Origin: Eledone cirrhosa | Lineage: Eukaryota | Length of the DNA: 64,000 nucleotides | Assembly: GCA_964016885.1 (NCBI GenBank) | Contig: OZ024755.1 | Coordinates: 9,424,001-9,488,000 of the forward strand | Reading direction: 5' to 3' | Shown here: positions 1-13,000 of the stretch, in pieces | Layout of the letters: every line of letters starts with the position of its first letter | Numbering within the stretch: the stretch's first letter is position 1 | Translations under genes and position numbers: made by a program | Notes under the pieces: generated by a model | Databases searched by the model: none | What the model saw: the letters and a program-made list of their open reading frames with translations, nothing else | What the model was told of the DNA's origin: nothing

Positions 1-177
1 ATTTCCCTCTATTCATATTGTTCACAATCAAATTACTGTGTTAGCGCAGGTGACCATTAAGATATAATTCTGTGACATACATACACTGACAGATACACAC
101 ACATACATAGCACACATACATACATATATACTCTCTCTATATATATGTTGTTTTTTCTCAGTAGCAGCTGACAAAAG

Positions 178-291
178 ATGAACAGTGAAACTGAAAATAG
201 CCATTTACTGCTGTCAAATTCAGGAGGTAGAAAATGTTGTCTTCCATTAAACGAAGAAAGTCCTTTTTTTCACACTGGTGCTAGTATGGTG
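178..291 (+). CDS. SLCO exon 1 (MNSETENSHLLLSNSGGRKCCLPLNEESPFFHTGASMV)
   Basis: ATG at 178, downstream of an acceptor-like ttttttctcag (161). Donor GTTAAG at 292 gives phase 0, matching exon 2. The sequence itself is poorly conserved. Confidence 0.6.
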
Positions 292-968
292 GTTAAGTAC
301 ACATTCTTTTTCTAGTCTTTTATTATATTTATTTATTTCAGTTATTAGACTAAGGCCATGTTAAAGCACTACTCTGACTTAACCCTTTAGTATTCACATT
401 ACTCTATATATACTATTATATTTTCATGGTAAATGCTTTATCTCACATAATATCGAAAGTATTTATTTTGAAAACAATACCTTAACATCAGTTTGAGCGA
501 CTGGTTACTGCCAGTTTCAACAGAAAGATGTAGAGAATTCTGGCCGGTTTTGGCCAATTTGAACATTAAAGGGTTAAAGGGGATTTAGTCGAGCATATCA
601 ACCCCAGTTATTATTTTCTTTTTTTTTTTCAAGTCTGGTACTATTTTATCAGATTCTTTTTTTTTTATCGAACCATTAAGTTACAGATAAACATAAACAC
701 TGACATACACACACACAGTGGCATATATATATCATCATCATCATCGTTTAACGTCTATCTTCCACGCTAGCATGAGTTAGACGAGAATTGTCCCACTTGA
801 GGCAAGATTGATCGGGTGACCGTGTCTCGCTCATATAGGACTGTATCTGGCAGGTTTTCTACGGCTGGATGCCCTTCCTAACACCAACCACATATATAGT
901 TAAAGAAATGACAAGACAAACACAGATACAAAAAACAAAGGTTTATTAGTATACACTGAAGAGGTGTG

Positions 969-1021
<53 letters not shown>

Positions 1022-4000
1022 CCTATGTACAAAGCGAAACTTACAGTCAGTAGGCACCTCTTAACCAAATATACACCCCAATCTACTACCCCTACCCTAT
1101 CCTCCCACTCCCACCAACAGCACGAGAAAATGAGATCGAGTTCGTGTAGGTGTCATGACAAAAAAAACACACACAGTCCACGCTGTAATGTGGCCGTGTA
1201 GGTAACACGGTAAAAAGTTCCCAGTTCCACACTGTAAATGTGGTTGGTGTTAGGAAGGGCATCCAGCCGTAGAAAACCTGCCAGATAGTCCTATATGAGC
1301 GAGACACGGTAACCCGACCAGCCTTGCCTCAAGTGGGACAACTCCCGTCTAACCCATGCTAGCGTGGAAAATGGACGTTAAACGAAGATGATGATGATGA
1401 TGATATTATGGGGGTGGGGAGGGGTGCGTGTGTGTGTGTGTGAACAAAAATGTAGACAGAAAAACAGTTACATGAGACAAACAAGTACCAGTAATGCACA
1501 AGGGTCGATTTAATCGACTTTCCCCCCCTCTCCCTAAATTGTTGGCCTTGTGCCTAAATCAGAAAGCATTATTATTATTATTATTCTGTGTTCAGATCCC
1601 ACTGAGGTTAGCTTTGCCTTTCATCCTTACAGGGTCGATAAAATAAAGTATCAGTAATGCACTGGGGTCGACTTAATCGACTTTCCCCTCCCCCAAAATT
1701 GCTGGTCTTGTGCCTAAATCAAAAACCATTCTTTACATTTCTTCTTCTTCTTTCAGGTGTTCACTTCGTTGCTTGGTTTGAATTCCTTCTTCTTACTCTC
1801 TACTGACATCTATGCAACATCACAGATTACAACATTAGAGAAATATTTCAACTTACGAAGTTCTCATATTGGTTTCTTGTTCATTGCCAACCAAATAGGA
1901 TTCATTGTGTCTTTATTGGTGTTTACCTGTATCTTCAAAGATGTACACAGACCATTGTTCATGGCCTACAGCGGTATCTTCACAGGGGTTGGTTGTTTGA
2001 TCTGTGCTCTGCCATATTTCATCACACCTATACCAAAACATATCTCCAACCATAGCACAAGTAAGTAATAATGGTGATGGTGGTGGTGGTGATGGTGGTA
2101 ATGGTGGTGGTGGTGATTGAGGGGGCTATGATGATGATGGTGGTGATGTGAGGATGATGGTGGTAGTGGTGGCAGTGACTATGGTGATGATGAGGAGGTT
2201 GAATAGGATGGTGGTGGTGATGGTGATATGTCCTACTATATGCTATATCAATCCTATTTCAATCCCACTCTATCAGAAACAACTGGTAACCCCTGCTCTA
2301 CGCCTTTTAAATCAACTGGTTTTAAAGGTCATCTTAAAACATCAATGTTCAATTTGTCAGGTGTTTGCTGTAGACTTAGTAAATGATCAACTGGTTTTAA
2401 AGGTCATCTTAGAACATATTGATGTTCTACAGTGAACAATATATATTGAGACGTCTGTCATCTGACAAGGTGAAGCAATCATCAAGTATGTATGTATGGA
2501 TGTATTTATGTTTTTCAAGTTTTATAATTTTATAAATGTTTACCAACAGAGAGAGGGAGAGAGTCGGTTTCTAACATAGACACAAGACTCTCTCATTGGA
2601 ATTTACACAACATCAACTAGGTAGATATATATGTATGTCTGCATGCGTGCATGTATGGATGATATTGCATGTGTGGATGTGGATGTTTTGAGTTATATGT
2701 GTGCATGTATATATTCTTTGTACCTGTACATGTGCACATGCACATATTAGATGCAGAATTTTTGGAATGTTTGTATGTATATGCCTTAGTCTTTAGGGTG
2801 TTTGGCTCACAATAGTAAGTCCATAATTTCGATTTCCGGTGGCACATTGTGTCCTTGAACAAGACACTTTATTTCATGTTGCTCCAGTCTCCACTCAGTT
2901 GGGTAAAACAGCAGCTGTCCCCATATTTCAACAGGCCTGCCTTGTCGCACATACTGTGTCCTGTTGGATCTCCATGAGAATGGCATTAACCCTTTAGCAT
3001 TTAAACCAGCTTTATCCGGCCAGAATTCTCTCATCTCTTTCTGTTCAAACCGGCCATAACTGGCCACTCATACTGATGTTAAGGTATTGTTCTCAAAATA
3101 AACAATATCAAAATCTCATAGATTCAATATTACGTGAGGTAAAGCCTTTACCGTGAAAATACAATAGTAAATATAGAGCAATGTAAATGTTAAAGGGTTA
3201 AGGGTTCTCAGACACTTGCAGGTTAATTTATTTTCACAAGCAGGCTGTCCTGTTGGTTAAACAACTAAAACACTCATCGTCGCAACTGACTGAGGTCCAA
3301 TGATATATGCTACTCTGATTATTTCTGTGGGTTTTTCGTGTCAAGTCTCCAATCCACTGACTCCTACTACCCCTTCTATTTCAGCCAGCAACTCTAGTAC
3401 TCTGTGTAATTCTGATTACGACAAGCAATCTAAACAAGCCAGTTCAACAGGTTTATATATTATGGTGGCTGCAATGACCTTTATGGGTCTGTGGAGAGGC
3501 CCTACAGAACCTATATCAACCGTACACGTCGATGATAATGTAGACCCTGTCTACATCAGTTGCTACATGAGTGAGTTGGATATCTTATTGTTTTTTGTGG
3601 TTTTGTTTTGTTTGTATACACACATACATATATGCATACACACATAGACACATATAATTCCATCAATACCTACCTACCTCCGTATATACATATGTACATA
3701 CATACGGCGCATGGCTTAGGGGTTAGAGCATTGGACTTGCAATTGAAAGGTTGTGAGTTCAATTCTCGGACTGGGTGATGTGTTGTTTCCTTGAGTTTAC
3801 TCAGCTGTAGAAATGAGATGATCGGACTGAGGTCCCTATCATTCCACTGCAAAGTGTTCGTGGAGGCGCCAAGGCAAAAAAGCACCCAGTACTCACTGTA
3901 AATGAGGTTGGTGTTAGGAAGGGCATCCAGCTGTAGAAATCAAGCCAGAATCAGTTCCCGTATGAGCAAGACATAGTCAGCCGACCGGACACTGCCCACA

Positions 4001-6783
4001 ACAGGACAACCCGTCTAACCCATGCTAGCATGGAAGAACGGACGTAAAACGGTGATGATGATGATGATGATGATACATAACCACTAAGCGAGTGGCTTAG
4101 TGGTTAGGGTGTTCAGTCAAAAATACCTTGCAGTATTTACAGTCTGAGTTCAAATCCTTTCAATGTATTCCCATTTATGTTCTGAGTTCAAATCTCACCA
4201 GGATCAACTTTGCTTTTCACCTTTCCAGCTTCAATGAAATTAAGTATCAATCAACCCTGAGTGCCTTTTTGATTTCCATGTGTCTAACACACGTGAGCAT
4301 GCCAACAAAGTCAGAAAACAGCACAACTCCCATGACTTTCAGAAACGATTTTTCACGCTCAGAGTTGCTGAAGCATGGAACAAACTACCTGCATCAATGG
4401 AACAAACTACCTGCTGTCAAGACACTGCATCCTTTAAAACCTCCATGCTTCTTGAGATTCGCCAACACTACACCTAATATTCCCCCTCCATACACACGCA
4501 CACATGTATATCATGACTCATACACTTTTCACTTCCCTGACATTTGTATATTATTCTATGTACTATACATGCACCTTTGATGAGTTGTAGTGCACCTGAG
4601 CACTGTACACAATAATTTCATTATTATTTTCATTATTTTACTGGGTTCGATATAATTGACTTTCCTCTTCCTCCACCAAAACAATTATTTCCCCTGTAAA
4701 AGGTGAGTGATTAAAAGAATCGGTAGAGCGCTGATAATATGCTTTACGTTCTGAGTTTAAATCCTGCCTAGGTCAACTTTGGCTTTCATCTTTCCAAGGT
4801 CGATAATATAAAGCACTGGGTCAATTTAATCTACTTGGGTCAACTGAAAAGTTCATATGCTGACCAAGATACTCTCATGGAATGACCAAATGAGGTTTAT
4901 TTTTCAACATAGTTCTTGGAAAGAAACAATACAGTTATTAATAAGAAGAGTTGAAATTAATGCATGTAAGATTTCACAGCTCTAGCATCACTCCTTCATA
5001 GTCAGCTTATGAACATTTCAAACCACCCTCGTACCTTTCCTTCCTCAAAATTACAGGCCATGGGTCTAAATTAGAACCCTTTATTACTTCTACTTCATTT
5101 AAGTAACACTTTCAATTGTATGTTTTGATTCTCTGTTTTTCTAGCTATAGCTGGTCCATTGTCAGTCATTAGTTCATCCTTAGTCTCCATCCTCGGCAGT
5201 TTTGTAAGTAGAGTGTATATTACCTTGCAAGGTAAGTAAGTATATAAACATACATTTTACTATATATATATATCTATACACAGTCTAAATATTTCACTAT
5301 TGACATCAATAAACAGCTCTTTGAGCTGTTTATCAGTGTCGATAATAAAAAAAAGTACCAGTCGAACCTGGGGGTCGATTCTTCTTCTATATCTCTTCCT
5401 CACTTCCCTTCACTTTGTATCCTTCTCTAATAGAAATCTACTGTACTCAGGCTTAGAGAAGGGTGGGTTCTGCCAGGCTTAAATTGCCCAAGAAATGCAG
5501 TATGTTAATATGGCAACCCTATTACTCCATATATATATATATATATAATGTTGAAATGTTCTTCTTCAGCAACAACGCTTCATCCAACCAGCATGAAGTG
5601 GGTTGGAGCCTGGTGGCTTGGTTTTGTCTTCTTGGGTGTCTTGATCATCCTCTTCTCATTCCCATTGTTCATATATCCACGACAGAATCCTTATGAATAC
5701 ATTAATTCTATTCCACTGAAAGGTAAGATACTTTTACTACTATGCATGATTCATATTTCAGTGACACCAGTGTGGAGCTGTTATGTGATTATTGCGAAAG
5801 CTCAGTGAGTATGGAAGCTTTTGCCTGCATCATATCAATTCCTTCACATAATTGTGTTAACGTCTGATGATGTCACACCTGTGCCAGTTGCTGGTGTCAT
5901 GATTGCATAACAACTCCACACTGGTGTCACTGAAATACATATTGTGCAGTAAATATGATTATGTAACATCTGTCTTAACATTAACTCCATGCATAGAAAC
6001 TCCATTGTGTTTGATACTAGATAGATATGACTGACCTATTTACACCTATTTACACCTGTTTATCAAGGAGATATCGCAACACAACACAAGTCAGTAATTA
6101 GCAATATATATATATGGCTTCTACAGGACTAGAACTGTTTCATTCGGAAAAAATCCTCAGGAAAGCTGTATTGAGTACCTTACTTATTGAGGTTACCCCC
6201 GATAGAACCCAGGACTCACATATTTATATATATATAACGATGATGATGATGATATATATATATATAATATACACACACTCATATATATTCACACACACAC
6301 AGAATGACAAATGGTTGAAATGGTAGACATTAATTAGAAATATAGATATGTAATATCGTTGAGTTGGAATACAATATATATCATGTTAGCAGTTTAAGTC
6401 ATAATGTCTAAGTCTTTTAAACCTTATTAATGAGTTTCTTTTATTTATTTATGTACACACTATTGTTTTTAAGAGAAGATCAACATCTTTTCAAACCTGT
6501 TTCGAAACCCTGTGTTGATGGGTCTAACTTTAAATGCTTGTTTAATGGCATTGAACGTATGTGGTTCTGTGGCCTTCATCCCTAAATATATAGAAATTCA
6601 TTATGACTGGCCTGCTTGGAAAAGCAATTTATCCCTAGGTGAGGACTCATTATTTCTAACAACTTACTATCTTTCTTCCTTTGTTTTTTTCCTTCTTCCT
6701 TTGTTTTCTTCCTTCTTTCTTTGTTTTCTTCTTTCTTTCTTTCTTTCTTTCTTTATTTCCTTTCATTCTTTTTGTTTTGTGTG

Positions 6784-6824
<41 letters not shown>

Positions 6825-6950
6825 ATATATATATGTATATGTGTGTATATATATGTGTGTGTATATAGTAAAAAAAAAAACAGTAACAAAGAATGCAGTA
6901 CGAATAGTGTTGGTATTAGGTTCACAGTTGAGAGTGGGGGTGGTATATAA

Positions 6951-6984
<34 letters not shown>

Positions 6985-6995
6985 GTTTATATATA

Positions 6996-7068
<73 letters not shown>

Positions 7069-10000
7069 CTGTGTATATATACACACACACACTCACAATA
7101 TCTTATCGTTTTGGGAATTATACCAAGATTTGATTTTTTCTCTTGGAGGAATCATTGGTATATTCATGACAACACTGGGCTCAAGTATATGTAGTTCAAT
7201 AACAACGTTTGGAAAGATGGATCCAAGATTTTGTCTCAGAATATCCGTTGTATTACAATTCCTGGATATGTTAGTTGTTTTGATATGTACCATCCAATAT
7301 TGTGGTGATGAAACCTATGCTAATACCTACATGAAGCACCAGTAAGTTGAAATACTATTTTTCTATTTAACCCTTTAGAATTCTCTCACCTCTTTCTGTT
7401 CAAACTGGCCATAACCGGCTGCTCATGCTTATGTCAAGGTGGTGTAGTAGTGCTGGTGGCATGATAATACGTACCCAGTACACGTCCTGAAGTGGTTGGT
7501 GTTATGAAGGACAACAACCCATAGATAAATAGATATCTTTCTTTATTTGCCACAGGAGCGTACAAAAGGGGGACATTACAAGACGTGACGGTAGGGGTTT
7601 TACATAAAAATAACTTTAGCATTAATAAATAACAATAAACTATATATAATAAAATAACAATTGAAATCCCCAATGGGGGGGGACGTTACTGCAGGGTTGT
7701 TTTACACCCCGTGGATAGAACAACCCTCAACACCAGGAACACGTTTTGTAGGTGTTCCTGTCTTCCCTCTGTTTATCTTCCTCAACCTACAGGTTTATAT
7801 ACAGAGAAGGCCCATTCACTCGGGCCATTTTCACCTCATTCACCCACCTTTCATAAATAGATAGATGGACAGACAGATTGTTAGACAGATAGATAGACAC
7901 ACAGACAGATAGATAGACAGACATAGTTAGATAGAGAGACAGATAGATAGACAGACAGATAGATAGACAGACACAGTTAGATAGACAGACACAGTTAGAT
8001 AGACAGACAGATAGATAGACAGACACAGTTAGATAGACAGACAGATAGATAGACAGACACAGTTAGATAGACAGACAGATAGATAGACAGACACAGTTAG
8101 ATAGACAGACACTTAGATAGACAGACAGATAGATAGACAGACACAGTTAGATAGACAGACAGATAGATAGACAGACACAGTTAGACAGACAGACACTTAG
8201 ATAGACAGACAGATAGATAGACAGACACAGTTAGATAGACAGACACAGTTAGATAGACAGACAGATAGATAGATAGACAGACACAGTTAGACAGACAGAC
8301 AGATAGATAGACACACAGTTAGACAGACAGACAGATAGATAGACAGACACAGTTAGACAGACAGACACTTAGATAGACAGACAGATAGATAGACAGACAC
8401 AGTTAGATAGACAGACAGATAGATAGACAGACACAGTTAGACAGACAGACAGATAGATAGACACACAGTTAGACAGACAGACAGATAGATAGACAGACAC
8501 AGTTAGATAGACAGACACAGTTAGATAGACAGACAGATAGATAGACAGACACAGTTAGATAGACAGACAGATAGATAGACAGACACAGTTAGACAGACGG
8601 ACACTTAGATAGACAGACAGATAGATAGACAGACACGGTTAGATAGACAGACAGATAGATAGACAGACACAGTTAGACAGACGGACACTTAGATAGACAG
8701 ACAGATAGATAGACAGACATAGTTAGATATACAGACAGATAGATAGACAGACACAGTTAGATAGACAGACAGATAGATAGACAGACACAGTTAGACAGAC
8801 AGACAGATAGATAGATAGACAGACAGATAGATAGACAGACACAGTTAGACAGACAGACACTTAGATAGACAGACAGATAGATAGACAGACACAGTTAGAT
8901 AGACAGACAGACAGATAGATAGACAGACACAGTTAGACAGACAGATAGATAGACAGACATAGTTAGATAGAGAGACAGATAGATAGACAGACAGTTAGAT
9001 AGACAGACAGACAGATAGATAGATAGACAGACAGATAGATAGACAGATAGATAGATAGACAGACAGATAGATAGACAGACAGATAGATAGACAGACATAG
9101 TTAGATAGATAGACAGACACAGTTAGATAGACAGACACAGTTAGATTGACAGACAGATAGATAGACAGACACAGTTAGATAGATAGACAGATAGATAGAC
9201 AGACATAGTTAGATAGATAGACAGACACAGTTAGATAGACAGACACAGTTAGATTGACAGACAGATAGATAGACAGACACAGTTAGATAGATAGACAGAT
9301 AGATAGACAGACACAGTTAGATAGACAGACACAGATAGATAGACAGACAGATAGATAGACAGACACAGTTAGATAGAAATATTAATATTAGTATGAAGCC
9401 TGCTAAGACACTTAACTCCCAGATATAAATAAATATAATAAATTTCCACAGTTCACTGCTGAAAGGAAGAGGAGTGCTATGACATTAATGTGAGCTTCGT
9501 CAATATATTGGAATTACTTCCGGCCTTCATATGGGGCAGGAAATGACAATATGGAACACCCAGGACTGACGCCTGAAACAAATCGTGTTATATTCCGACA
9601 TAGATAGGGATGGGCTCCTCTATGTTTTAGATGCGCCAAACACGCCATGCATCAGGATGGGACCTCTATGACCCCATCCAGGAATTAATGACCAATGGAT
9701 TAGCATAGCATGACACCATATTCAAAATGTTTTCTTTCTGTTTTTCATTATTGTTGTGGTTGGTGTTATGTCAATGAAACAGCGTCACTAGTTTGGATAT
9801 GAAGACAGAAGTAAATCTTCAGAGCAGTTTGTCACAATATTGTTTAGAACATGAATGTCCAGTTGAGGAATACGCACCAGTTTGTGGTGCAAACAGGGTC
9901 ACATTTCAGTCACCTTGTTCTGCCGGGTGCTCTTACGATGATTTGAAACAAAAGGTAAGCAAGTGTATTGATATACGAGGGTCGACTGAAAAGTTTATAA

Positions 10001-13000
10001 GCTGACCAAGATACTCTCATGGAATTACCAAATCAGGTTTATTTTTCAACATAGTCCCTGGGGTGAAAGAATACAGTTATTAATAAGAAAAGTTGAAATT
10101 AATGCATACAGCATACAAGATTTCACAGCCCGGGCATCATTCCTTCATAGCCATCTTATGAACTTTTCAGCTAACGCTCATATATAACTTTTTTCCTACA
10201 CCAAAACATTTTTTTTTTTTTCCCTATTCCAATCTTGAAGATAACAACAGTTTGAGAAAATGCTCTCTGTGTTCGCCTGTTTTAAACAAATTTTTTTTAT
10301 ACCCCTTGAATCTCACTGTATTTATATACATATATATATCACATACATAGTGCTCTCTCTCTCTCTCTTCTTTGTTTCATTCCCTCTTTCACATACACAC
10401 ATTTATAGACATACACATATATATTTCCTCCATTCACCTTCAGTTATGTTTTTGTACACTTCAGAAATTCTACAACTGCACATGCACAGGAAATGCACAG
10501 TTTGCTACCCATGGTGCATGTCAAAGACTTTGTGACGGTGCCACATATATGATGGTTTTATTGGCCTTGCGCTGTTTTTTAATTGGGGCAATTTTAAGTG
10601 CGATCGTATCCGTTAAACTTAGGTAAGTTCAAGAACATTGATCCTGATTTATGTGTGTGAGTATGTATGTGTATAAATACACCCATACACACACTGAATG
10701 CTCTACCAACTTCAGATATAAACTCCTTGTTTTTCACTACTGTATATGATGATGATGATGATATATAGTACTATTAGGTAAGACTGTACACATATTATAC
10801 AGAGTACTCCAAGACATATATATACAGCTCAGTTTGGTTTGGCTCAATTCAGTTCTGTCCAGCTCAGGATGACTTGGCTTAGCTTAGCTATGTCCAACTC
10901 GACTTGGCTCAACTGAGCTCTGCCCAGCTTGGATCAGATCAAATCCAGTGTCGGATTAGATCATATGAACACAGCTCTGTCTAGCTCAGCTTAGCCTGGC
11001 TTAGCTCTCTCCACACTCTGATACAACTTGGCAGGAATCAAACTCACGTCAGTCATGAGCCCTTAGAACTGAGATTTAAGGGAATTGTCATCACAATTTC
11101 TCGGGAATGTGAACCCTGGCTAAACCCCCCCCCCCCCACACACACACACACACTTGGTCTCAATACACACACACACCTGCTCCCAATACACACACACACC
11201 TGCTAGGTACTGTATACATAATTCATAGAGTACTCCAGGACTTACATATATAAACAACATACAAAAAATAACACTACTAGGTACTGTATATTTATCATAG
11301 AGAGTACCCCAGGATTTACAAATATATATATTGTAAAGTGCTCATGTAGGCGTCGCAGCAAAAAGCACCCAGTACTCACTGTAAATGGGGTTGGCACTAT
11401 GAAGGGCATCTAGCTGTAGAAACCAAGCCAAAATCGGTTCTGTATGAGCAAGACATGGTCACCTAACCCAACGTTGCTCACAACAGGACAATTCGTCTAA
11501 TCCCTGCCAACATAAAAACATGGACGTTAAACGGGAATGATGATGATGATATATATATAGTCAATCGACTTTCGTCAAATCGGACCGAGGAAACAATCTT
11601 TACGTTGGTCTTCCCAATTGCTAATACTATTTATCGGTCGCAACTCCAGGTAGAAGGAGCAACATGAAATAAAGTGTCTTGCTCAAGGACATAACGCATC
11701 GCCCGGTCCAGGAATCGAACTCACAACCTCAAGATTGATATATATATATATATACGTATACACACACACACATACATATATATATACCTCCCTCATCAAC
11801 ACCATCAACATCATCATCTATATTTTTGTTCACAGTTGTATCTCCAAACGAGACAGGACGGTGGCAATGTCGATCATGACTCTCTTCTCCAGCCTCTTCG
11901 GTAAGTAACGTATTTTCTATATCACATCTCATTCCTTAGAAATAATGTTTGCTCTTCATTAATAGTTAGTGGGAATGCAGTATCGGTAGAGCATCAGACG
12001 CCATGCTTTGTAGCATAGTTATAGCTCTTTACGTTCTGAGTTCAAATCCCGCTGAGGTTAACTTTGCCTTTCATCCTTACGGGGTCGATAAAATAAAGTA
12101 CCAGTAATGCACTGGGGTAAGCAGAATTGATAGAGCATCATACAAAGTGTTTTGTGGTATTTCTTTCAGTTCTTCAGGTTCTGAGTTCAAATCCTGCCGA
12201 GGTCAACTTTGTATTTCATCCCTTCGAGGTTTATGAAATAAAGTACCAGTCAAGTTACTGACCTTATGCCTTTGTTAGAAAACATTAATATTTTGATTCT
12301 GCAACCCGGTCTGCGAGGGTAACCCACTAAGATCTTAACACTTCTGTTTTGTCCATGAATCAATCCCAGCCTTTAGGGTGAAAGTGGATAGCTGGAAACT
12401 GTTTGAAAGCCCCTCAAATAGATTTAAAAGAGCATCCTTGTCACACACTGTATCATGGTGAATCTCTCTGAGGATTACGTTAAGAGGTATATATGTGTGT
12501 GAAATGCTCAGTCACTTTCTTCTTGATTTCATAAACAGGCTGTTCCATTATTCAAACATAAACAGGCTGTTCCATTATTCAAACAACTGGAACACTTGTC
12601 ATCGGAACACAACACGCATAAAAAATGAATAAATAAGTGTTCAAAATTTGAATTGCTTTAGTTCAGAGATTCTCAAACCTTTTCAGCTGCATAATACCCT
12701 CAGCACACCCAACCCTATTTCCAGAAATACCTGCCTATGTGCAAATTATAAATAATATATAATAAATAAAATCGTTAATTTCATCATCATCATCGTTTAA
12801 TGTCCATCTTCCATGCTAGCATGAGTTAGTATATATTATATCATTTATTATCTATGTATAAATAAATATTATATATTTTTTATTTTACTATATTTATATA
12901 TAATATGTATTATTTGATATTTAATATACTATTATATCATCTCTATTTGTTTTCTCACTCTGGAAGAAATAGGCTTTGGTCAAAGCTGGGTAAGGAAGGA

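Noticed and set aside
2148-2435. 95-aa ORF as an extra SLCO exon
   Set aside because: It derives from a (GGT/GAT)n repeat plus a short local duplication, and exons 2 and 3 join in phase without it.
3705-3780. tRNA gene
   Set aside because: It has A/B-box-like motifs but no full cloverleaf and runs directly into a SINE body.
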